Assembly: GCA_048213135.1 (NCBI GenBank) | Contig: PS015262.1 | Coordinates: 22,300-79,491, forward strand | From: Reclinomonas americana ATCC 50394 | Taxonomy: Eukaryota | Direction of reading: 5' to 3' | Length of the DNA: 57,192 nucleotides | Part shown: piece by piece, positions 25,647 through 38,700 of the stretch | How the letters are laid out: each line of letters opens with the position of its first letter | How positions within the stretch are numbered: position 1 is the first letter of the stretch | Notes under the pieces: model-generated | Databases searched by the model: none | Told to the model about the DNA's origin: nothing | Seen by the model: the letters and a program-made list of their open reading frames with translations, nothing else | Translations under genes and position numbers: made by a program

Positions 25647-28600
25647 NNNNNNNNNNNNNNNNNNNNNNNNNNNNNNNNNNNNNNNNNNNNNNNNNNNNNN
25701 NNNNNNNNNNNNNNNNNNNNNNNNNNNNNNNNNNNNNNNNNNNNNNNNNNNNNNNNNNNNNNNNNNNNNNNNNNNNNNNNNNNNNNNNNNNNNNNNNNNN
25801 NNNNNNNNNNNNNNNNNNNNNNNNNNNNNNNNNNNNNNNNNNNNNNNNNNNNNNNNNNNNNNNNNNNNNNNNNNNNNNNNNNNNNNNNNNNNNNNNNNNN
25901 NNNNNNNNNNNNNNNNNNNNNNNNNNNNNNNNNNNNNNNNNNNNNNNNNNNNNNNNNNNNNNNNNNNNNNNNNNNNNNNNNNNNNNNNNNNNNNNNNNNN
26001 NNNNNNNNNNNNNNNNNNNNNNNNNNNNNNNNNNNNNNNNNNNNNNNNNNNNNNNNNNNNNNNNNNNNNNNNNNNNNNNCAATAGCAGCAGAAGCAGCAG
26101 CAGCATCAGCAGCTCATACTGAAATATGCTATACCTGCAACTTGCTGGTGACTTCCTCCAGTGGCTGCTCGCACAGGCTAAGCATAAAGTTCACTTGTGT
26201 GATGCCTGATTCACGTTCCGCCAACCACTGCGCACGCGCAAGAGACACATCGGTTTGAGACGACTACATCCATGTCATTGAAAACGCAGGCACGCAACAC
26301 CACCCGGCGACAAGTACGAGCGAGCACGAGTCACCGCCAGCTGATGGCCTGAATCCGGCACCGCATTCGTCATGCGGTTCTGCAGCGACATGAGGAGGCT
26401 CTTCAGCTGGTCGTGGTCGGCAAAGTTTGGCTCTGTCACCACGCGTGCCAACAGCGACATCATCTCCGGTACTTTGCGCTCCAGTGCCGCGCCACCGAGG
26501 ACAAACTCTTCGCGAATGGTGCGACCGTCTGCTCCACAGGGAAAAAACACACAGTAATTAACCGGCAATCACATCCCAGCGTGCAGCAGCAGCAGCGCAT
26601 CGCACCATGGTAATCCACACGGGAGCGCACAGAGGCCGACACACCACCCGACACGTTCAACTCGAGCTCGCTGCACACAAAGAAAAATGTGAGTCACGAG
26701 CAGAGACTGCGCAAAATATCTTTCGACAGCGCGCATAACTGCATATCGTAGTATGGCAGGGAGACGAGGCCGACCGACGTGAGAGCGTCGGCGTAGAGCG
26801 GCACCAGCATGCGCTCGTCGGCTGTCAGGAGCTTCGGCACCGGTAGCGAGCACACCAAATACCACAGCGAGTTAGTTGGCTGGTGGCTCACGTTGAGCTG
26901 AATCGGCACGCCCGACTTGCCGTCCGTCACGTGCTGCTGCAGCTGCGACGGCGACGGGAGCGAGCGGGACACGTCGTTGAGGGTGAGGGAGGGAAGGAGG
27001 GTGGCATCTGTGGAGGGGAATGCAGGACAGTGGGAAGGGGGCATAGAAGAGCGCGCTGACGATCACAAGAAATGGCGCCCCCTCCGGCAACACCACCGCG
27101 GTCGGGTCGACGACGGTGGCGTAGCATGCTCAAACACTGCGATTCTTCCTTTCCTGCATGGTGATGCGACATCTCTCGCATCCATCTCTCTCTTCCCCAC
27201 ACGGCTCTCCTCTCTCTTCCTCTCCCGCAAATTCCCCACGCACCCTGCAACGACTCCTGTCTCTTCTTCAACTCGACGGCCATGGCGCGCAGCCACAGCG
27301 CCTCGTCCTCTCCCAAGAACTTGGTACGCGCGACCAATCGCTGCGACTCCTCCTGCCTCTCACGCTCCTTGAACTGACGATCTGGCAACATCGTCACCGT
27401 CACCTTGCGCTTGTTATTCAGCAGGTGGACCGAAACGAGTTGCTGGAAGAATGGCTCAGACTTGCAGCGCTTGGTGAGCATCTCCACTTTCTGCTCAAAT
27501 ATCAATGTCAATGCAGCTGTGTGAGTCAGCGCACCCAGCACCTGGGTATTTCACACCTTGTTGACGGAGAACAGTCGCGCTGGATCGCCACCGTGCAGCC
27601 AGAAAGGCATGACGCGCGCGGCTGCGTTGATACCAAACGAAGTGCCGACCTACGCCTCACACAGTGAGGCAAAGCTCGCCCACCACCCACCACGACCGCG
27701 GCATGGACGCAACGTTCTTCTGCCCGAGCTCGATCTGGTGCAGGCACGCATCGATGGTCTGCTGCGGGAAACCCTGGCGGGCAACCGACTGCAGCGTGGA
27801 CTCGATGGCGGCCTCGATGGCCGGGAAGTCGTCGGCCGACGCTCCCTGCACGCCAATGCCAAAGAACGGTTGCCTGCGCCACGATAAGCGATCGGATGGA
27901 GACACAGAGTGCGTGCGAGAAATCCACTCACCGCAGCTGGCTCTCAAAGCCAGTGGCCGGCGCAAAGTCGCTGCCGAGATGCGATTGCAGCAGTGCCTCC
28001 GGAAGAGCACGTGTGAACAGCAACTGGGAGAGCATGGACAGGGAGAAGCACTCAAAGTCGTCCTGCAAGAGGTCGACTGATGGATGAGGACAAGGGGTGT
28101 CGCACCGAGAGGAAGGGAGAAGACCGCTCACCAGCACATGAGCTGTCGGGTAGATGTTAATGTAGCGTGCTTGGCGATTGGCATCCGACACTGCAAACAG
28201 TGTGTGGGTTTCGGGGCGTGGGTGAGGAGAGAAAGAAATCAGGCGTGCCGCCACAGCCACGCAACAGTCATCAAGCGGCCCCTGGAGATCCACACGCGAG
28301 CTACGCTGCGTGCTCTCCGACACGACATTGCGATACATCGCGCTGATGCGTCGGCTCATTGGTGGATACAGCACTTGGCGCCCGTGCTGACGCAGAGCGT
28401 CAACCACTGCCGTGTTGATGGTCTCCAGGTGCTGCTCGAGCGGGAAGTTGCCGTACGTGTACAGGAATGCGTTGGACAGGTTGTAGTAACGCTGGTAAAA
28501 GCCGACGAGCTCCTCTCGATCGAGATTGAGAATCTCCAACGGGTCGCCACCGCTGCACCGAGGTTTTGGTGATGGGAGGGGAAAGGAGGCAAAGGGAGAA

Positions 28601-30315
28601 GGCGACTGCACCTGTTGAAACCATAGGGGGAATCGGGGAACACAGCCGCCAACATGCGCCGGTAAAACAGCGAATTCGGGTCACTCATGGCGCCCTTCAT
28701 CTCGTTGAACACGACGCCTTTGAACTCAAACGGCGAGTGTTTGTCTGTCCACGCTTGAAGGTGAGGGTATTGTTTCAACGACAATAGTAACAAGGAATCC
28801 ATTACCGTCGGGGTTCTGCGGCTCCAACCGATGACCCTCCTGCATAAAGTCCATCGGGTGCAGCTTCGGGAAGAAGACGGCGTCCAGGTAGACATTCATC
28901 AAGTTGCGAAAGTCGGCAGCATTCTGCGTGGAGAACGGGAACATGGTGAAGTCTTGCGCTGCGCATCGTGGAGAGAGAGAGAGGGAGTGAAAATGAGAGC
29001 AGTGCAGGAGAAAGCCAAGGGTCAGAACCTGTCCACGCATTCATGTACTGCGTGACGTGGGCGGGTGAGCACCAAACACAAACAATGATGCTGACCATGA
29101 CAAACCGTCTGCATCGACCGGTTGATCATCTTCATGAACGGATCGCGCACCGGGTACCGCTCCGAGCCGCACAGGAGAAGGTGCTCGAGAATGTGCGGAA
29201 TGCCCTTGCTGTTGGTCACTGGGGTGCGAAAGGCCACACTGCAGATTGACGGTAAGGAGGGGAAGGAGGAGGAGGAAGAGGAGGAGGAGGTGGTGGTGGT
29301 GGTGGTGGAGGAGGAGGAGGAGGAGGAGCAGAAGGAGAATGAGAAGAAGAACAACAAGAAGAAGAACACGAAGAACAAGAAGAAGAAGAACAGAAGCAAG
29401 GAGGAGGAGGAGGAGGAGGAGGAGGAGGAGGANNNNNNNNNNNNNNNNNNNNNNNNNNNNNNNNNNNNNNNNNNNNNNNNNNNNNNNNNNNNNNNNNNNN
29501 NNNNNNNNNNNNNNNNNNNNNNNNNNNNNNNNNNNNNNNNNNNNNNNNNNNNNNNNNNNNNNNNNNNNNNNNNNNNNNNNNNNNNNNNNNNNNNNNNNNN
29601 NNNNNNNNNNNNNNNNNNNNNNNNNNNNNNNNNNNNNNNNNNNNNNNNNNNNNNNNNNNNNNNNNNNNNNNNNNNNNNNNNNNNNNNNNNNNNNNNNNNN
29701 NNNNNNNNNNNNNNNNNNNNNNNNNNNNNNNNNAGAAGAAGAAGAAGAAGAAGAAGAAGAAGAAGAAGAAGAAGAAGAAGAAGAAGAAGAAGAAGAAGAA
29801 GAAAAAGAACAAGGAGGAGAAGAACAAGAGATGCCGAAGAAGAAGATGATGAAGGAAAATGAATAGGAAGAGAAGAATGAGAAGGAAGCGAAGAAGAGAG
29901 AAGGAGGAGGACGAGGGAGAGGAGGAGGAGAAGAAGAAGAAGGAGAAGAAGAGAAAGAAGAAGATTAAGGAAGGCAAGAAGAAAGAGGAGGAGAAGAAGA
30001 ATAAGAACATGCAGGAGGTAAGAGAGAAGAACAAGAACAACAACAACAGGAGAAAGGAGGAGTACTTCCCTCACTGCCTCACCTAAACGCATTGTTCTCA
30101 TCATCACGCTGCACGTGCATCAGTCGCGCTCCACTCTCCGTGTGTCGCAGCTGATACACCACCGCGTTGAAGTCGGGCGCCGGCCGCACCTACAAACAAC
30201 CAATGAGCACAAAGACAAGAAGAGAAAGAGAGAAAGAGAAGAGTGGATAAACAAAGCACCTTCTTCACTTCCCATCCAAGCACCGCCTGACCAGCGCGGA
30301 ACAGCGGAGTCGGAG
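24927..30315 (-). CDS. PITRM1: Mitochondrial presequence protease (pitrilysin family M16C); 5' end lost in a gap
   Basis: [22 protein letters not shown] (inverted Zn motif HxxEH), [82 protein letters not shown]. Confidence 0.93.
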
Positions 30316-30850
30316 CTGAGAGACAACATAATGAGAGAGTGAGAGACAACAAGATGATGTGCAAGTCTCATTCTCTGTGTGTGAATGACCAGCTGTCTTT
30401 GTCTCTCACGTGTGTGTGTGTGTGTACGTGTGCAAAGATCAAAGCATTGTGTGCTTTCTTCTTCTTCTTCTTCGTCTTTCTCTTCTTGTTCTTGTTCTTG
30501 CTCTTGCTCTTGCTCTTGCTCTTGCTCTTACTCCTCCTCTTCTTCTTCTTCTTCTTCTTCTTCTTCTTCTTCTTCTTCTTCTTNNNNNNNNNNNNNNNNN
30601 NNNNNNNNNNNNNNNNNNNNNNNNNNNNNNNNNNNNNNNNNNNNNNNNNNNNNNNNNNNNNNNNNNNNNNNNNNNNNNNNNNNNNCCCTCCTTCCCTTCC
30701 TCACCTCCTCTCTCTCTCTCCCTCTCCCTCCGTCCCCTCCCTCTCCCTTTCCCTCCTTTCCCTCCCGCGCCTCTCTCTGTTTCTGTGTCTCTTGCTTCCT
30801 CTCTCCCCCTCGTCTCCCTTTCCCTCCCTCCCTCTCTCTCTCTCTCGTGC
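29251..30850. repeat. Long (GAA)n/(GAG)n/(TTC)n low-complexity intronic tracts flanking assembly gaps; representative of (CT)n, (GT)n and (CA)n tracts throughout the window
   Basis: Directly visible; many of the N runs abut a microsatellite or a repeat. Confidence 0.95.
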
Positions 30851-30852
30851 AG

Positions 30853-32533
30853 CTATGGACTGCTGCTGGCCATGATGGTGCTGGTGCCTGTGTTTGCGGC
30901 CGCCAAGCTCGGCTTGACGTTCAGTCTGATGGTCACCCTCGGCGGTGTTCTGGTCATTGGAGCGTGCGGAGGCGTGCTGCAGGGCACACTGGTTGGCTTT
31001 TTCACGCAGGTGTGTCTCCTCTGCTTCCTCTCTCGTTTCTCGCACCTACCTCATGCACCTTGCAGATCTCGCCGTTGCTCATCCAGGGTATTCTCAGCGG
31101 CGAGGCCATCTCCGGAGCCATCGTCTCCCTCCTCAAGATCGTCACCAAGTTCTCGCTGCCGTACACGGAGCAAGGTCAGTTGTTGGTGTGCTGATCGTGC
31201 TCGCGACCTGAACTCACTCGTGACGAGCAGGACTGCTGACGAGCTCACTCATCTATTTTNNNNNNNNNNNNNNNNNNNNGTCGCGGCTTTCCTGGTCGTG
31301 GTGGGCGGCACCGTCGCCTTTTACGCCACCACACGCATGAAGTGGGTGCTGGAGACGATTTCCAAGCAAAGAAGACAAGACGACGAGTCGTCTGTGGTGC
31401 GTAGCCGTGTTCTCTTCAGGTCCATTCTTCCTCCGGCTTGACGCATGTGCGTGCTACTCGTTGCAGCGGCAAGAATTGCGGCCATCAACACGCTCTGATC
31501 AGCTGCACGCGTATTCCGATCACAACGACGCGAGTCAGCACGAGGGCGATACGAGTCCGGCCAGCGAAGTAGTGTCGGTGCACGAACACTCGCTGCACGT
31601 GGCCACTGCGCCATTAACTTGTGAGTGGATGGGTAGGCGTACTCAGTATTCGTGGTGATTCGCCGGCGGTGCGACTCATTGTACTCTCTCTCTCTCTCTC
31701 GTGTACTCATATCCTGGACTTTTTCTCTTCTTGTGCAATTCTCTCAGTCTCGCTTCCTTCCTCCCTCCTCTCTTCGTCTCCGCATTCCCCGCCTCCTCTC
31801 CAGTTGCGGATCCCTCCTCACCCCTTCTCTCCCTCCCAGTGAAAAAAGCCGGCACCATCTTCCGCAAAGTGTGGGTCTCCGGCATCTTTGTGGCCCTCAA
31901 CTTTATGCTGACCCTCACCGTGTTTCCGAGTCTGTTCACGGAGATTGACACGAACTTGTTGCCGCACGACTGGTTTGCCACAATCCTTATTGTTGCGTCC
32001 GCTACCCGTGCTTGCGGACGTTTCAAAAAGCCACTCATCCTCCTTGCGTGTGTGTGATTTGCAGACGCTGTTTAACCTTTTTGATCTCGTGTCGCGCTTC
32101 CTCCCGAGAGTGTGGATGATGCCGCTAAAGTGGTGCTACTGTTGCGTTCCATTCTGCACCGTTAACTGCCTCTCTTCGACACCGCGCTCATCACCCCTCG
32201 CGCAGTCACCGTGACCATGCGAGTGGTCATCTTCCTGCCCCTGTTCTTAATGCTGGTGCGTGGCACCATTGTCTCCGACTCGCTGGCCATTATCGGCGCC
32301 ATTCTCGTGGGTCTCACCAATGGCTACTTTGGAGGTTTGATTGTCTCAGTTCTGCCGTGCCCACCCGCCCGTCATCTCACTCGCTGCGCACAGTGGTGCT
32401 CATTGTGCTGGCCTCCTACACGGTCGATCCGGAGGAGCGCGAGACCGCCGGCAATTTGTTGGTCGTGGCCATTTTGGTTGGCGTGGCGTCTGGAGCGCTC
32501 ATGGCCTACGGCCTCGACTCCCTAATTCATTGA
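30853..32533 (+). CDS. Equilibrative nucleoside transporter (ENT/SLC29 family); N-terminal part missing in a gap
   Basis: GVLQGTLVG, QGILSGEAISGAIVS, NFMLTLTVFPS, TLFNLFDLVSRFLP, GLTNGYFG and ERETAG motifs; TGA at 32531-32533. Confidence 0.88.
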
Positions 32534-32772
32534 CACCCACACACCCACCCCCTCGGTGCACGCACACAACTATAAAGTACAATCTGTGTAGACCAAAATG
32601 TTTTCTCTTCTTCACTCGGCAATAAACAAATTTTCTCTCCCACCCCCTCCCCCGTCCTTGTTTCGCACGTGAGCATGTCTCTCAGCGTCAGGACAACCGA
32701 CACCGAGCGGGGCACACACGCGTGCTATTTCTCCAAACCCAAAAGGCATTTTCTCTCTCTCTCTACACCTCC

Positions 32773-35700
32773 TCATCTCGGATTCCAGCCCAACGGCCGC
32801 GGCGTAACCAAACTCGACTGCGGCGTGGCCGCAACGACTGGCGGACCACCACGCCCGTTGACTGGCTGCGCGCGATTCGCCGCAGCCGCTGCGGACTGCT
32901 GCGCATCGGTCGCACCACCCGTGTCCACCATGACTGAGAATGCCGGCTGCTCCGACTTTGCCTGCTGCTTCTGCTGCACGAGGGGCTGCGGCTCCATGTC
33001 ACGCGTCGGCAGAGTGCCGGTATCTGGCAACTCATCGACGCCGACCTTGAACTGCGGCAAGACATACGACGCAGACTGCGGAGCCACCGCACCACGCAGA
33101 CGCATCGACTCGGCAGGCGTGAACGACCGACCGGCCTGCATCGACTCGATGGAGAGCGGCATATGCGAACCGCCGACGCCGCCATACGCCGGGTAGGCAT
33201 ACGGCGACACGGCAGCCGGCGGCATTGGGCGAACCTGCTGTTGCTGCTGCTGCTGCTGTTGCTGCGGCTGATATGCGGGTCGGCCCATGTGCACTGTGTT
33301 GGCGCGGTTGTGTCAGCAACATCAAACACAAGACTAGGGATTTTTTTGCTCACAACAGACGCAACTCGGCTGGGTGGCTGGTGCCTGTCGGGGCAACTGC
33401 TGCGGCTGCACGGCAGGCGGTGATCCGGCGTCGGAGGAGGACCACGAATCCGGGCTGGCCATGGTGGACGGACCAATGGCACTCGGCTGCATGCCACTCG
33501 AAGCCAGCGGCAGCGGCGGCACCACTGGTCGAGTCTTCTGCTGCGAGCCACCACCTGTGCGACGAGCTAGCGCCGCCACACGCTCAAACAGCTGGCCCAT
33601 CGCTTGTTCGATCTTGCCAGACTCGGTGTCTACCCACTTCTTCAGCTGCGTGGTCGATGCCGAAATGTCGCGGCTGACATTGGCAATGGCCTCGCTCTCC
33701 CCAATGGCACTCGCACCGGAACCACCAAACTGATGCTGTCGGCGCAACTCCTCGTACTTGGTGCGCATGGTCTTGAGCTCCATCTGGCTCTTCACAAGCC
33801 TCTCCTTGAGCTCCGATACAGAGCCGCTCGTCAGGCTCGCCAACGAGCGGTCGTCGGCGGCACTCGATACCGAGGACGATGACGACGAGGACGACGACGA
33901 CGATGACATGGCCGCGGCACCGGCCGGCGGATTTGTGTAAATTGTCGTCGAGCCAGTAGTCGTACGAGGTGGCGGCATGGGCAGGTCGGGCAAGCCGAGG
34001 CGGCTGCGCAACTGACGAATTTCCACTCGCAGCTGCATCATCTCCTCCTCGGCAGCCAGACGGCGATCGCGCTCCTCATGCACTTGCATCTCGGTGACGG
34101 TCATGGTGCCGCGCAGGAGGCCAGAGCCCAGCTCTGAATTGGCCTCGCGACGCCGTGCCTCGTGCAGCGTTCGCTTAAAGTCATCGAGGGTGTCGGTGAG
34201 GCGGCGAATCTCCGCATCGTCTTCCACCTTCATGCGGCGCATCTCCTCCACCAACTGCTTGCTGGTAATGTGCTGCTGCCGGGCATCGTCACGCTCCGAC
34301 GTCAAGCGCGTCGTGCGCTGCTCCATCATCTCAAGCTGCGCAGCCTTGCGCTGCAACTCGTCCTTGGCGTTCTCCACCACCACTCGCAACTCGGCCACCG
34401 AGGCGCGTGCGATTGCCAGCTCGTTCTCGCGCTCAGTATCCAGCATACCGCCCTGGTCGCGCTCCCGATCGGCATACTCCTTGGTCATGCGCACCAGCGT
34501 CTCCCGAGCGTCGTCCAGCTTGTCGCTGAGCTCGGCATTCTCCCGGCACTGCTGCACGAGGCTCTCCTCTTTGCGTTGCACTTGATCCTCGGCCTGCTGC
34601 CACAACAGACGCAAGCNNNNNNNNNNNNNNNNNNNNNNNNNNNNNNNNNNNNNNNNNNNNNNNNNNNNNNNNNNNNNNNNNNNNNNNNNNNNNNNNNNNN
34701 NNNNNNNNNNNNNNNNNNNNNNNNNNNNNNNNNNNNNNNNNNNNNNNNNNNNNNNNNNNNNNNNNNNNNNNNNNNNNNNNNNNNNNNNNNNNNNNNNNNN
34801 NNNNNNNNNNNNNNNNNNNNNNNNNNNNNNNNNNNNNNNNNNNNNNNNNNNNNNNNNNNNNNNNNNNNNNNNNNNNNNNNNNNNNNNNNNNNNNNNNNNN
34901 NNNNNNNNNNNNNNNNNNNNNNNNNNNNNNNNNNNNNNNNNNNNNNNNNNNNNNNNNNNNNNNNNNNNNNNNNNNNNNNNNNNNNNNNNNNNNNNNNNNN
35001 NNNNNNNNNNNNNNNNNNNNNNNNNNNNNNNNNNNNNNNNNNNNNNNNNNNNNNNNNNNNNNNNNNNNNNNNNNNNNNNNNNNNNNNNNNNNNNNNNNNN
35101 NNNNNNNNNNNNNNNNNNNNNNNNNNNNNNNNNNNNNNNNNNNNNNNNNNNNNNNNNNNNNNNNGCTTGACCTCGTCATTGGCCTCCTGCAGTGCGCGCT
35201 GAACCTCTGACACGGCAACCTCGCGGTGTGAGGCGTCCAGATCCCGCTGCTGACACGCTTCCTCGGCCTTGGCTCGCGCGAGGGCCTCCTCACGCAAGCG
35301 GGACACCACTCGCTGCATCTCGTCTCGATCCGCCGCAATCTGATCGCCGGCCTGCTTCAAGTCGTCGCGCGCGGTCGCCAGTGCCGTCTCCGACTGCTGC
35401 AGGTTGGCCGACGTGTGTGCCATGTCATTGCGCATCCTCAACGCTTCCACCGTCATCTCCGACACGCTGGCCTTCTCGCTGGCCAGCGCCTCCTCCAACT
35501 GCCGCACACGCTCCGCCAGCGGAGTTCCATCGTGTGCGTTGAGTTGTTGCCGCAGCTGCGCAGCCTCTGCAGTCGCTTCCGCGGCCTCCTGCGTAACCTT
35601 GGCCAACTGCGACTGCTGCTCACTCAGGCGATTAGCAGCAGCGGCGGCCTCCTCCTCGCGCTGACGAAGTGACTCGGTGGCCGTCGACAATCTATCGGAA

Positions 35701-38700
35701 TGAAGAAGGGGGGGGGGAGTGAGTTCCGATTATTGACAGGGGTTTTGACTGCATGCCAACGCAACTGCTGGGTGGCATCGCTGAGCTTTTGCGTAGCATC
35801 GTTCAGCTTTTGCGTGACGGCGGTCAGTTCGTCGCGCACCGAAGAAAGCTCGCCCTCGGCGGCCTCCAATGCTGAGCGCTGGAGCGACATTTCCGTTGAA
35901 GCCCTACACCNNNNNNNNNNNNNNNNNNNNNNNNNNNNNNNNNNNNNNNNNNNNNNNNNNNNNNNNNNNNNNNNNNNNNNNNNNNNNNNNNNNNNNNNNN
36001 NNNNNNNNNNNNNNNNNNNNNNNNNNNNNNNNNNNNNNNNNNNNNNNNNNNNNNNNNNNNNNNNNNGACAAAATTGTGTGAGAAGGAATGGAAAATACAC
36101 AAGTGGCCACGAGTGACAGACAATACCTTGCCGCAGCAGTGCTCATCTCGGCATTGGCCTTGCGCAGCTCCTCCAGCTCGCTCTCGAGCGTCGTCACTTG
36201 GGACAACAGGCTGTCGCAAAGCACATCAGCAAACACAATCGCACTTGCGGCACCCTCTCACAACACACGGCACTCACGCTTTCTCGGCATCGCCCGACGA
36301 GGCAGTCAACTCACGCAGGCTATCGCGCTCCTGCGTCATGGTTGCCAGCGACGCTACCGTTGCGTCGTGTGTAGCTTGCAACGCAGCGAGCCGCTCCTGA
36401 CCGTCCTTCTCACGAGCTCCACTCTCCTCCAGCTGCTGCAACAGCTGAGTGCACTCGGCCGTGCGGTACTCCAAGTCACCCTCCACTGTTGACTTGTCGA
36501 GCTGTGCAGCAACGAGCTGTTCTGCTGCCGTCGCCAGCTCGGCAGCGAGCTGCTGGCCGTGCTCCTCGCTCGTCGCCAACTGCTGCTTCAAGGCGGCAAT
36601 CTGTTCGCCCAACTGGTGGCCCTCCTGGCCACTAGCCGCAAGCTGCTCGCGAGCCGTCGCCAGCTCGCCGGTAAGCTGCTTGCCGTGCTCCTCGCTCGTC
36701 GCCAGCTGCTGCTTCAAGGCGGCAATCTGTTCGCCCAACTGGTGGCCCTCCTGGCCACTAGCCGCAAGCTGCTCACGAGCCGTCGCCAGCTCAGTGGTAA
36801 GCTGCTGGCCGTGCTCCTCGCTCGCCGCCAACTGCTGCTTCAACGTGGCAATCTGTTCGCCCAACTGGTGGCCCTCCTGGCCGCTGGCCGCGAGCTGCTC
36901 ACGAGCCGTCGTCAGCTCGGCTGCGAGTTGCTCGCCGTGCTCCTCGCTCGTCGCCAACTGCTGCTTCAATGTGGCAATCTGCTCGCCCAGTTGGTGACCC
37001 TCCTGGCCGCTGGCAGCAAGCTGCTCACGAGCCGTCGCCAGCTCGGCAGTGAGTTGCTGACCGTGCTCCTCGTTCGTTGCCAACTGCTGCTTCAAGGTGG
37101 CAATCTGTTCACCCAACTGGTGGCCCTCCTGGCCGCTGGCCGCAAGCTGCTCGCGAGCTGTCGCCAGCTCGGCAGTGAGCTGCTTGCCCTCCTCTTCGCT
37201 CGTCGCCAGCTGCTGCTTCAACGTGGCAATTTGTTCGCCCAGCTGGTGGCCCTCCTGACCACTAGCCGCAAGCTGCTCACGAGCCGTCGCCAACTCGGCA
37301 GTGAGTTGCTTGCCCTCCTCCTCGCTCGTCGCCAGCTGCTGCTTCAACGTGGCAATCTGCTCGCCCAATTGATGGCCCTCCTGGCCGCTGGCCGCGAGCT
37401 GCTCGCGAGCCGTCACCAGCTCGGCTGCGAGTTGCTTGCCCTCCTCCTCGCTCGTCGCCAGCTGCTGCTTCAACGTGGCAATCTGCTCGCCCAGCTGGTG
37501 ACCCTCCTGGCCGCTGGCAGCAAGCTGCTCGCGAGCCGTCGTCAGCTCAGCAGTGAGCTGCTGATCGTGCTCCTCGCTCGTCGCCAGCTGCTGCTTCAGT
37601 GCGGCAATCTGCTCGCCCAGCTTGTGGCCCTCCTGGCCGCTGGCCGCAAGCTTATCGCGAGCCGTCGCCAACTCGGCAGCAAGCTGCTGACCGTGCTCCT
37701 CGCTCGTCGCCAATTGGTCCCTGACATCTGCAAGGTCGCTCTCCAGCACATTGTTGCTCTCCTCACGAGCCGCCAATTGTTGCGAGAGCGCAGCAATCTG
37801 CGCGGCCTGCTGACTGCGCTCCTCCTCGTTGACGGTCAGCTGGGTTGCAAGTTGTTCGCACTGCTGCTTGCTGGCGGCCAGTCCCTCTGCCGAAGTGGCG
37901 AGCTCAGCACGGAGGTCCTCTTCTTGCTTCCGGCTGGCAGCCAACTGAGTACGCATCGACTCCAGGTCGCCTCGCGCGGCGTCGAGATCGTCAGTCAGTT
38001 GCGTGACGCGTTCGCCTGATGCCTGCAGCGCACGCGACGACTCCTCGCACTTGGAGTTCCATTCGTGGACCGACTTGTCGAGCGAAGCCGCCCGCTGCTC
38101 CGATCTACGCACCCCCACAATTCGCATGAGCGCGGTGTAACAACACGGAAAGAAACAGAAATCGATAACGCAACGATTCAAGATCGGATCGAGCCGCAGC
38201 CAGTTGCTTCTCCAGATCGTCGACGCGCTGCGATTGCACAGAGAATTGTGATTGCAGCTGCGCGTGCGACACCTGCAATGTGGCGAGCTCCGAGCCGCGG
38301 TTTTCGGCATCGGAAGCCGAGCTGAAAAACACACAACAGTCAGACAAATGCAATCACCATGCGGCTACTGGACATGCACACGAACCTTTGCAACAAATCG
38401 CGGAGCGACTTGAGTTCCGTTTCTTGTGCCGTCACCGTCGCCGTGGCCTCTGCAAGCTCATTGGTGGTCGTGTCAAGCTGGCGACGCAGCTGACCAGCTT
38501 TCTCTTCGAGATCAGCAATGGTGTTGCTGAGTTCGTTCTCCTGACGAGTGAGCTGCTGCTGGAGCGCCATGATCGAGTCGTCACGTGTCTGGATGCCGGC
38601 GTGCGCCTCGGCGAGTTCCGCAGACACACTGAACACGATTTGAATGTGAACGAAACTATCAATCAAGGCACACGAGGCATGTCACGCTACCGTCCAAGCT

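Noticed and set aside
36559-38019. Long plus-strand Leu-rich ORF and similar antisense or N/microsatellite-spanning ORFs
   Set aside because: These are antisense shadows of the coding repeat, or artefacts of N runs and low-complexity DNA.
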